DNA of 64,000 bases, taken from positions 64,001 to 128,000 of the forward strand of contig JBNKBE010000007.1 of assembly GCA_050287085.1 (NCBI GenBank), given 5' to 3'. Position numbers and translations under genes: made by a program. Shown piece after piece: positions 1 to 8,282 of this stretch; within the stretch, counting starts at the first letter, position 1; every line of letters begins with the position of its first letter. This DNA comes from Polyangiaceae bacterium (GTDB lineage Bacteria > Myxococcota_A > Polyangia > Polyangiales > Polyangiaceae). The notes below the pieces were generated by a model. That model saw only the letters and a list, made by a program, of their open reading frames with translations. It did not search any database and was not told the DNA's origin.

Positions 1-29
1 TCCGCAAGCGAGCGGCATCATGAGACGGT

Positions 30-2861
30 ATGCGCCGCTGCTCTCTTCGACTCATCTGGCTGCTCTCGCTCCTGGCGAGCAGCTGTGTGGGCCAGACGGC
101 GCCCGGCTCACCGCCAAGCGCGATGGCCACGCCCAAAGCGGCGACGGCAAAACGCCACCAGCCAGCAGTCAACGCCCTCGCGCAGGGCGCCGTCCGCACG
201 CCCGCCGAAGCTGCCGCCGTCCTGCGCGCAGACCTCCGCAGCGGACGCTACGAAGAGGCCCTCGTCGCGGCGCGCCACCTCCGCCAACTTGCCGCCGCCG
301 AACGCCAACTCGTGGTCGAATCGCTGGTACTCGAAGCCGACGCCCTGCGCGCACTAGGGCGAACGCCCGACGCGGTCGCGTTGCTTGAGGCTGAACAGGG
401 GACCTCCTCCGACCCGGCCCTCGCGCTTGCGTTGGGAGCCTCCCTGCTCGAAGCCGGCCACAGTCGCCAAGCCCGCCCGGTTCTGATGACGCTCGTCAGC
501 GCCTACAACAGCGGCGCGCTGTCCGAGCAAGACGCTCGCGCCTTGACGTCGTTGGGCGAAGCGGCCCGGCTGCTGCGCAGTGTGGAAGACGCAAACGACG
601 CCTTCGATCTCGCCGAGGCGGCCGGCGGTCAGTCCCGCGCTCTGCTGCTTGCCCGCGCCCGGCTCTTCTTCGAGAACCACAACACGCGAGACGCCACCAC
701 CGTACTCGAGGAACTCCTGAGCTCCGCGCCGGACGATCCGGACGCGCTGCTGCTCTTGGCTCGCGTGCAACTGGCCGATGCCTTGGACTTCGACGGCGCG
801 CAGCGACTCGTAGGCGCCGCCCTCGCGGTCAACCCCCACGCGACGGATGCCTTCGCGGTCCTCGCCCGGATGGCGCTGCACGACGGTCGTTTCGAACGCG
901 CCGAGGAGGCCATTGCACAAGGACTCGAAACCAACCCCAAACAACTCGAGTTGCTGAGTCTACGCGCCGCGGCCGCGCTCCTCCGGGGCGACTCCACGGG
1001 CTTCGCCGCGGCGGAGCGGGCAGTACTCTCGCTCAATCCAGAATATGCACAATTCTACGAACACGTAGCCACCTTTGCGGAATGGGAGCATCGCTACCAG
1101 CAGCTCGTAGAACTCTCCGACAAGGCCCTTGCTATCGACCCCGAAAACGGGGCTGCCTTCGCCACTCGCGGACTGAATCTCATTCGCGTTGGGGATGACG
1201 TGCGCGGCGTCCTGGCACTCCGCTCCGCGTTTGACATCGACCCCTACAACGTGCGCGTGTACAACACCCTCGAGCTTTTTGAGAAGGTCATCCCGACGCA
1301 CTATACGTCGACGTCCAGCGGCCACTTCAAGCTACGATATCCGGCACTGGAACAGCCGCTGCTCGAGCGCTACGTTCCTAAGCTGCTAGCGGAAGGCTTC
1401 GCGACCTTCTCACGGCGACACAACTTCGTTCCGGAGACGCCCATCGGCGTCGAGCTCTATTCCGATCGTTCGCATTTTGCGGTTCGAACGAGCGGGTTGC
1501 CTCGAACCGCCATCTCCGGAGTGTGTTTCGGCCGCACCCTCGCAACGATGACGCCGCGAGACGAGCACTTCAATCTGCCGCTCACCTTGTGGCATGAGCT
1601 CGCCCACGTCTTCCACATCCAGAAGTCGAAGAGCCGAGTTCCGCGTTGGTTCACCGAAGGGCTCGCTGAATACGAAAGCGAGCTGCTTGACGCAGAGTGG
1701 AAGCGGGAGCTCGACATGGAGCTCTACGTGGCACTGCGGGATCATCACTTGCCGCGGGTAGAAGCGATGAACGAAGCGTTTACCCACGCCCGCGACGTGG
1801 GCGACGTGAGCGTGGCCTACTACGCCGCCTACAAGCTCGTTCGCATGTTGGGGCAGCGCTATGGGCTACCCAGCATTTCGCGCATGCTCGAGCTCTGGGG
1901 CGAAGGGCACCCAACGCCCGCCGTCTTCCGCCAAGCCCTGGGGCGCACGCCGAAGCAGATCGACGACGAGTTTCGAGGCCTGCTCACGGCGGAGCTCAGC
2001 CCCTACGCCGGCCAGTTCGTTCCGGACCAACGCACGGACGACCCAGCGGCCATCGAACGCGCCGCGCTCGACCAACACCCGCCCGCTGATGCCCTGGCGC
2101 GCTGGGCGTGGCTGCTTCTCGGCCAGGGCAAGCTCGCCAAGGCGAAGGCAGCCGCGGCGCGTGCAGTCGCCGCCAACACGCCCCAGGCGCTGTGGGTGGA
2201 CGGCCAGGTCGCTCTCGCCGGAAGGGACTTCGCGCGCGCGGTACGCCGCGCCACCGCGCTGCAAACGCAGGGAAGCGATGGCTACGCGGCTGCGGTGCTT
2301 CTGGCCCGCGCCAAGGCGGGCGCCCGGGACCAAGCTGGGGCGCGCAGCGCCTGGCAACGCGCCCACTACTTCGATCCTGTCGCTAGTGCCCCGCTCACCG
2401 CCCTGGTGCACGACGCCGCCGTGCGCGCCGACAGTGACGCTGAACTCGAATACTTGCGCAAGCTAGCCGCCTTAGATGAACACGATGGTAGGCTAGCGCT
2501 GCGCTTGTCACAACTGCTGCTAGCTGCGGGTAATGCACGAGACGCCAGAGCGGCCGCGCAGAACGCGGTGTGGGCGGATATCGAGAACGCCGCCACCCAC
2601 GAACACTTGGCGACGCTGCTCGCCGCGGCCGGCGACAAGGCGGCCGCGATGGACGAATGGAAAAGCGCCGCCGCGTGCCCCGGCCCGGCGGACGCACGCC
2701 GTCGTGCGCTCCTCGCCCTCGCCCTCATCGCCGAAGGTCAGGGCCGACCGGCTGAGGCGTCTCGGTGGCGTGAAGAAGCGAAAGCCGTGTTGCCACACCC
2801 CGGAGACGAAACTAGTGTCACCGTGCCGGAAGCGAAGAAGGCGGGTCCCAATGGGCCCTAG
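30..2861 (+). CDS. TPR-repeat lipoprotein with a peptidase MA-like (gluzincin) domain
   Basis: 943-aa ORF; lipobox-like LLASSC; Ala/Leu-rich TPR-like repeats; HELAH followed by WFTEGLAEY (HExxH...E zinc motif). Confidence 0.8.
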   Translation: MRRCSLRLIWLLSLLASSCVGQTAPGSPPSAMATPKAATAKRHQPAVNALAQGAVRTPAEAAAVLRADLRSGRYEEALVAARHLRQLAAAERQLVVESLVLEADALRALGRTPDAVALLEAEQGTSSDPALALALGASLLEAGHSRQARPVLMTLVSAYNSGALSEQDARALTSLGEAARLLRSVEDANDAFDLAEAAGGQSRALLLARARLFFENHNTRDATTVLEELLSSAPDDPDALLLLARVQLADALDFDGAQRLVGAALAVNPHATDAFAVLARMALHDGRFERAEEAIAQGLETNPKQLELLSLRAAAALLRGDSTGFAAAERAVLSLNPEYAQFYEHVATFAEWEHRYQQLVELSDKALAIDPENGAAFATRGLNLIRVGDDVRGVLALRSAFDIDPYNVRVYNTLELFEKVIPTHYTSTSSGHFKLRYPALEQPLLERYVPKLLAEGFATFSRRHNFVPETPIGVELYSDRSHFAVRTSGLPRTAISGVCFGRTLATMTPRDEHFNLPLTLWHELAHVFHIQKSKSRVPRWFTEGLAEYESELLDAEWKRELDMELYVALRDHHLPRVEAMNEAFTHARDVGDVSVAYYAAYKLVRMLGQRYGLPSISRMLELWGEGHPTPAVFRQALGRTPKQIDDEFRGLLTAELSPYAGQFVPDQRTDDPAAIERAALDQHPPADALARWAWLLLGQGKLAKAKAAAARAVAANTPQALWVDGQVALAGRDFARAVRRATALQTQGSDGYAAAVLLARAKAGARDQAGARSAWQRAHYFDPVASAPLTALVHDAAVRADSDAELEYLRKLAALDEHDGRLALRLSQLLLAAGNARDARAAAQNAVWADIENAATHEHLATLLAAAGDKAAAMDEWKSAAACPGPADARRRALLALALIAEGQGRPAEASRWREEAKAVLPHPGDETSVTVPEAKKAGPNGP

Positions 2862-2920
2862 GAAAGTGTTGAACGCTACTTCTCTCCCCAAGGCGACCCC
2901 CAATACGGTTCGTATGTCCC

Positions 2921-4570
2921 ATGGTTGCAGCAAGACCTGACGCGCGCGGCACGCTCGGTGACAAGCCGCTCGTACAGCTGCTCGTATACCTGCTGGATCA
3001 CAATCTTAGCGGATCTCTCGTGCTCGAGACCGACGCGGGGGCGCGTTCGGCAATCACCTTTCTGGGCGGCGCGCCCACCAAAACCTTGTACCCAGCGGAG
3101 CAAACACGCTTGGGAAACCTGTGTGTCGACTACGGCCTGCTCACGGCGGCTGACGTCAGCGCAGCGCTTGCCAGTGCCACCCCCGGGCTCATCGGCCAGC
3201 GCCTCGTCGCTTTGGGCAAGCTGAGCGACGACGAGCTCGCGTCTGTCTTGCGAGAGCAGCTCTACGTGCACCTCGAAGGCATGGCGCAACTCCCTGCCAC
3301 AACCCGCTACGGCTTCTACCGAAACAAGGACTTTCTCGAGACTCGCCTTGCGTCCACCGAGTCGGCCGATGCTCTCACCGCTCTGTGGCGAGTCGCTCAG
3401 GCAGCGCCTCCGGCGGGGGTCGCAGACTTCGCGCAGCGGGCACAAGCGGTTGTCATGAAGCTACATCCCCAGTCGCGCGTGGGTCGCTTTGGCTTCGCGC
3501 CTGAGGACCGCGCGGTGACGGATGTCCTCCGCGTTCGCCCACACCGCTTGGATGAGCTGCTCGCGAGCGGGCTTCTGCCTCGCGACCGCCTGGAACTGGT
3601 CCTCTACGTGCTGGCTCTTTCGCGCCATCTCGACTTTGGACACAATGCCTTTCCGCTCGGCGTCGACCCGACGGAGATCAAGACATTGCTACCCCGTCCG
3701 AACACCCGTGCGCCGCGTCTACCCGGCTCGGTTGCACCACGTAGCAGCCAATACGGAGCGCGCAGCGGTCATCAGCCAGCGCCTGCCAGCACGGGGCAGC
3801 GGCCCGATTCGACGGCCCCGCACTCCCGGGATCAGATCGAGGAACTGCTGCAGCGAGGTAAGGCTACCGACTACTACGAACTGCTTGGGGTCACGCCACA
3901 GGTCGACACAACGGCGGTGTCGCATGCCTTCTTTCAGCTTGCTAAGCGCTGGCACCCCGACAAGCTCGACCCGGAGCTAGGCGCTGACCAGAGAGCACAG
4001 ATCACCAAGATCTTCTCGCGGATGACCGAAGCTCACCAAGTGCTCACCAGCCCGGAGCAACGCGCAGAATACGACCGCTTGGTTGCCGAGGGGCACAATA
4101 GCGACGACGAACAGCTGCGCGTGCAAGAGATTCTGAAGGCGGCCACCCTATTTCAGAAGGCTGAGGTCCTCGCGCGCCGCAGCGACTGGACTGCTGCGGC
4201 ACGACTCGCCCAAGAGGCCGCGCAGCTGGACCCAGATCAAGCAGAGTACCAGGCGTTGCTGGCGTGGGTGTTAGCCAAAGGTGGATCGCGAGGCGCCGCG
4301 GTCGATCTCAACGCGTTGCTCGCAACCCTGACCGCAGCATCGAATAAACACCCCCACAACGCGCGCATGCGTCACTATCGGGCTCAAGTCTTGCAACTCG
4401 CCGGCAAGACTCACGAGGCGATCCGTGAGTATCGCCGCGTGGTCGAGCTCGACCCCCGCAACGTCGACGCGCAGCGCGAGCTCCGGCTCTTTCAAATGCG
4501 GCGCGCAGACTCGCGGAGCCCCTCGCCAGAAAAGCAGGGCCTGCTGGGAAAGCTCTTCAAGAAGAGCTGA
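2921..4570 (+). CDS. DUF4388-like / J-domain / TPR protein
   Basis: J-domain signature DYYELLGV...LAKRWHPDK...EAHQVL...RAEYD; N-terminal LVQLLVYLLDHNLSGSLVL resembles DUF4388; C-terminal TPRs. Confidence 0.8.
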   Translation: MVAARPDARGTLGDKPLVQLLVYLLDHNLSGSLVLETDAGARSAITFLGGAPTKTLYPAEQTRLGNLCVDYGLLTAADVSAALASATPGLIGQRLVALGKLSDDELASVLREQLYVHLEGMAQLPATTRYGFYRNKDFLETRLASTESADALTALWRVAQAAPPAGVADFAQRAQAVVMKLHPQSRVGRFGFAPEDRAVTDVLRVRPHRLDELLASGLLPRDRLELVLYVLALSRHLDFGHNAFPLGVDPTEIKTLLPRPNTRAPRLPGSVAPRSSQYGARSGHQPAPASTGQRPDSTAPHSRDQIEELLQRGKATDYYELLGVTPQVDTTAVSHAFFQLAKRWHPDKLDPELGADQRAQITKIFSRMTEAHQVLTSPEQRAEYDRLVAEGHNSDDEQLRVQEILKAATLFQKAEVLARRSDWTAAARLAQEAAQLDPDQAEYQALLAWVLAKGGSRGAAVDLNALLATLTAASNKHPHNARMRHYRAQVLQLAGKTHEAIREYRRVVELDPRNVDAQRELRLFQMRRADSRSPSPEKQGLLGKLFKKS

Positions 4571-4678
4571 GACGTCCTGCTTCAAATTCGACGGGTAGGG
4601 GTCCGCTCATCAGCCAGGCGGTGCTGCAACCGGCCCCCAAAAGCCGAACCCCTCCCACCGGCCGCACCCCAAAACCGC

Positions 4679-4699
4679 GGGAGCGAGCAAGCTCGCTCC
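4679..4699. repeat. REP-like palindrome, copy 1 (possible terminator between convergent genes)
   Basis: GGAGCGAGC-AA-GCTCGCTCC perfect 9-bp inverted repeat; 20/21 identical to 30334-30354. Confidence 0.55.
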
Positions 4700-4718
4700 G
4701 TCAAAGCAGAGTTGTCCG

Positions 4719-5246
4719 CTACTGCTTGACGGCCCCGTGCAGGGCTCCCACCTGACGAAGCGCCTCAAACAAGGCAATGGCAACGCTATTGGCAAGATTG
4801 AGGGAGCGCACGGGACCCAGCGTCGGGATCCCGACCACCCGATCCGCGAAGCGCTCCAGCACTTCCGGACCAAGCCCCGTACTCTCTTTGCCGAATACGA
4901 GCGCGTCACCCGGACGGAACTCAACGTCCAGATAGCTCCGCTCAGCGCGGCCGCTGAACAGCCATAGGCGCTCCGTCCCGCCTTGCGCGAGACTGAGTTG
5001 GGCCACAGCGAAGTCCGCATGGGTGTGCACCGTCGCCAGCGGCCACGTGTCGACGCCCGCACGCCGCACGGCGTGTTCATCGATCGAAAACCCGAGTCGC
5101 CCAACGAGGTGCAGGGGGCTCTGCGTCGCTGCGCACAGGCGCACGATGTTGCCGGTGTTGGGAGGAATCTCGGGCTCAACCAACACCACGTGAAAGGGTC
5201 GCTCGAGGCCGGTGCCACGCAGGCGTTGGGCATCGTGGTTGCTCAT
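4719..5246 (-). CDS. trmL: tRNA (cytidine(34)-2'-O)-methyltransferase, SPOUT family
   Basis: VLVEPEIPPNTGNIVRLCA, VFGKESTGL and RSLNLANSVAI motifs. Confidence 0.92.
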   Translation of the reverse strand: MSNHDAQRLRGTGLERPFHVVLVEPEIPPNTGNIVRLCAATQSPLHLVGRLGFSIDEHAVRRAGVDTWPLATVHTHADFAVAQLSLAQGGTERLWLFSGRAERSYLDVEFRPGDALVFGKESTGLGPEVLERFADRVVGIPTLGPVRSLNLANSVAIALFEALRQVGALHGAVKQ

Positions 5247-5271
5247 GGGCTGGACTTACTCGCTGTGCGTT

Positions 5272-5937
5272 TCAATGCACAGTCTGACCTGAACTCGTTT
5301 CGGCTTGCGCACCGGGACGGAGCTCCCGACCCAAGTCAGCGGGCAAGTCGTCGATGCGACCCCCCAAGAGAGGACTCAAGCCAACGCCCAGCGCCCCCAA
5401 CGCCGCGGCCAGATAGAAGCCCGCCCCCCAATGGTATGAAACCGGAACAAGCGCCCGCGAAGGGGGATGAAGGGTCAACACGAGCGCCTGCAAGACCGGA
5501 CAGGCACACAAGATGGCCACGATCAAGCGGCTCCCGCGCATGGCGCTGACGCTGCGCCGCGAGACAACCACCGCGAGCAAGACCAAGAATCCGACGCCCC
5601 CGCCAGAAAACCAGAAGCCGCGAGCGCGGATCAGCGCAAGACCAGACAGCTCGCGCACTTCGGGCGCCGAGAGCACCAGCCATGGCAAGGTGTAGGAGGC
5701 CAGCCCCAAGATCGAAAGGGCAAAGAAGAGGCCCCGGCCACGCCCCAAGTAGCGAAGCGGCAGTCGACGATCAGCCGGATGAGTCTGCTCCCACTCGCTC
5801 AGCGCCTCCGATGTTGTCTCGTAGGATGGCGGTAGGTCCCATAGCGGCTTGAGCGGCACATCACATTCCGGACATGATTGCGTCTCGCCGCGCGTGTACA
5901 GCGTTCGGCAAAACGGACAAGCAAGTAGCTCGGACAT
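5272..5937 (-). CDS. Hypothetical membrane protein with an N-terminal zinc ribbon
   Basis: CPFC...CPEC, then about 4 hydrophobic segments; start placed at the ATG of MSELLAC. Confidence 0.65.
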   Translation of the reverse strand: MSELLACPFCRTLYTRGETQSCPECDVPLKPLWDLPPSYETTSEALSEWEQTHPADRRLPLRYLGRGRGLFFALSILGLASYTLPWLVLSAPEVRELSGLALIRARGFWFSGGGVGFLVLLAVVVSRRSVSAMRGSRLIVAILCACPVLQALVLTLHPPSRALVPVSYHWGAGFYLAAALGALGVGLSPLLGGRIDDLPADLGRELRPGAQAETSSGQTVH

Positions 5938-6038
5938 GCGCTCCAAGGTTACCAAGCAATTCCAGCGCACGCCATCAGCCCCCCTCTGAACGGATGTGAG
6001 GGCACGCAGCCGAGGGTTTTCTGCTAGTCTCGCGCCGC

Positions 6039-6713
6039 ATGAGTGATCGCGTTGCCGCGCTATTCGGCTTGGATCCGGACTCGCCGCTTTTTCGCCAGGC
6101 GCTGACCCATCCGACCTACGCCAATGAGAGTCGCGCAGCCGGTCACAACCAACGGCTCGAGTTCCTTGGCGACGCGGTGCTCCAATTGTGCTCCAGCGAA
6201 CTGCTTTTTGCGGCCTTTCCGGAGGCCAGCGAGGGGCAGCTGTCCCGACGACGAGCCAGCATCGTCAACACCGACTCGCTGGCGGCCTTCGCGCGCCAAC
6301 ACGGGGTGGAAGAGGCACTCCTGCTGGGCAAAGGCGCTGAAGCGGGAGGCCTGCGCAACAGCAGCAACGTCCTCGCCGACACCGTCGAGGCCCTACTTGC
6401 GGCCACATACCTCGAGCGGGGATTGCCAGCCGCTCGCGAGCGCGTTGAGCTCCTATTGCAGCAGGTCGACGCCACCACCGAACGCGATGCAAAGACGGCG
6501 CTGCAGGAGCTCGCCCAGGCCAGAGGGCACAATCCTCCGGCCTACGTTTTGACGGACTCCGGAGGTCCAGACCACGAGCGTTGGTTTCAAGTGTCGGTCT
6601 CCGTCGGCGGCGAAGCCGTAGGGGAGGGGAGGGACCGCTCCAAGCGGTTGGCAGAAATGGCGGCCGCGCATCAGGCCTTGCAACGGCTCGACAGCGAGGG
6701 AGGGGAGAGATGA
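6039..6713 (+). CDS. rnc: Ribonuclease III
   Basis: NQRLEFLGDAVL signature, LADTVEALLAA, and dsRBD (DAKTALQE...GPDH...SKRLAEMAAA). Confidence 0.96.
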   Translation: MSDRVAALFGLDPDSPLFRQALTHPTYANESRAAGHNQRLEFLGDAVLQLCSSELLFAAFPEASEGQLSRRRASIVNTDSLAAFARQHGVEEALLLGKGAEAGGLRNSSNVLADTVEALLAATYLERGLPAARERVELLLQQVDATTERDAKTALQELAQARGHNPPAYVLTDSGGPDHERWFQVSVSVGGEAVGEGRDRSKRLAEMAAAHQALQRLDSEGGER

Positions 6714-7117
6714 AGCGACGACTCTTCCTTTGCGGCGTGGCTGTCGTGGGCACGGCCACACGCCCCGCGTTCGCCGGCAGCTACCTCGACCGTGCGGCCC
6801 TCTTGGTGCACGAATCGGCCACGGCGTCATATTTTCTTCGCAAGCGTCTCTACGATCTGGAGTCCGCCAAATTGGTCCACGGCTTGGCGCTTGCGCGAGT
6901 GCAATTTGCGAGTGCCATGGACGTCCCCGCAGAGGTTCAACAAGCGCATCCGCACCTGCTCTTGATGCTTGAGAATCACGAACGTGCAGCCGCTGCAGCG
7001 GTGGAGCGGCGCGCCTCAGACTTCCTGCGAGCCCACAGCCTAGCCCTGGATGAACAGGGGCTCTTCGTCACCATTCTCAAGCACCTTGGCTGGACGCTTC
7101 CGAAACTCAAGATCTAG
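6710..7117 (+). CDS. Hypothetical exported protein with a Tat-like signal
   Basis: ATGA overlap with the rnc stop; GGAGGGGAG SD-like sequence; MKRRLFL...PAFA signal. Confidence 0.7.
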   Translation: MKRRLFLCGVAVVGTATRPAFAGSYLDRAALLVHESATASYFLRKRLYDLESAKLVHGLALARVQFASAMDVPAEVQQAHPHLLLMLENHERAAAAAVERRASDFLRAHSLALDEQGLFVTILKHLGWTLPKLKI

Positions 7118-7152
7118 CGTCCTTGCAGGCAGGGGGCGCCCGCGGCGGCGCT

Positions 7153-8145
7153 TCAGCGCTCTCCCCAGGGCCCGGTCACAGGCGCCGGTCCCACCTGGGC
7201 GGGATGTGGCGCCCGCACCACACCGCTGCCCATGTCTTCCTCGGAGGCCGCGTACTCAACTCGCTCGATAGCGTCCAAGTCCACGTCGCGCACGCGCTCG
7301 TCTCGAAGCCCTTGGAGCAGTTGTTGCCGATCGCGTGTGGCCGTCTCGCGACGCGTCAGAACCTCCACTTCGGACCAGGCCTCCGCCAAGGGCACTTTCT
7401 GCTCGGGGCGAGCCCCGCGCCGCCACACGACAGCGTAGCGGTCGCCCTCAGAGACCGGATCTGGCACGAGTTGGCCGTCCTCGACGCGGGCCGCAGCCGC
7501 GAACAGCGCAGGGCGCACGACCACCTGCGCTGCATCCGTATGACCGGAGGCCTGCACGTAGCCAAGCGATCCGTGCCGAAAGGCCGTCGCGCTGTCCAAC
7601 GAGTGTTCGCGCGCGAGTGCCGCGAAGAGAGCTGCCCGCGGCTGAGCTCCCAACTTGGATATAAGCCCCCGCGCGGTCGCTTCGTCTCTGACCAGAATAC
7701 GTTGCAGAAGCAACGCCCGTGGCCGCTGCCAGCGTCCGCGGTGGAGCTCGTAGAAGCGCTGTACATCATCCGCCGACACCCGCGCGCCTCGATACAGCTC
7801 CCGCTCGAGCGCCAGCTGCAGTTCACGGTTTTCCAGATAGCGGCGTGGGATCTTTGGATCCTTCCGCCCCAGAGCGCCCAGCAAGAGCTCTGGCACCAGC
7901 ACGCTTTCGATAAACGCCTTGGGCCGCGCTGCCGGCTCCGAGTGCAACTCGGAAAGGGCCGCGGAGCCCAGTCGGTCGAGGCGCCGCTGCGCCGCTGCAA
8001 GCCGAAGGGAACGCTCACCCACACGAACAAGCTCCGGCTCCGCGGCAGATACGACCGAGCTCGCTGCAACAAGCATAACGCCCACTCGTCGCCCCACGCC
8101 AGGCGAGAGCCGGGTGCGCCCTCCTAACATCAGGCTCCAGATCAT
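7153..8145 (-). CDS. PpiC/parvulin-type peptidylprolyl isomerase-like protein
   Basis: VSADDVQRFYE, QRILV, FAALAREHSLD..T...GSLGY motifs; start uncertain. Confidence 0.75.
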   Translation of the reverse strand: MIWSLMLGGRTRLSPGVGRRVGVMLVAASSVVSAAEPELVRVGERSLRLAAAQRRLDRLGSAALSELHSEPAARPKAFIESVLVPELLLGALGRKDPKIPRRYLENRELQLALERELYRGARVSADDVQRFYELHRGRWQRPRALLLQRILVRDEATARGLISKLGAQPRAALFAALAREHSLDSATAFRHGSLGYVQASGHTDAAQVVVRPALFAAAARVEDGQLVPDPVSEGDRYAVVWRRGARPEQKVPLAEAWSEVEVLTRRETATRDRQQLLQGLRDERVRDVDLDAIERVEYAASEEDMGSGVVRAPHPAQVGPAPVTGPWGER

Positions 8146-8282
8146 GCCTCCTGGTAGCGATTACCGGAGGCCGCCGCAAGTTGGCGACCACTTCGGCGAC
8201 CGGCCGCGCCACCTATGAGCCGCTGCGCTGAGCGCGGTCTTGGAAGCAATCGCGTTGGCACGCCAAATGCTGGTGGGGTTTC

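Noticed and set aside
7123..8127. 334-aa plus-strand ORF
   Set aside because: Antisense shadow of the PPIase-like gene; no motifs
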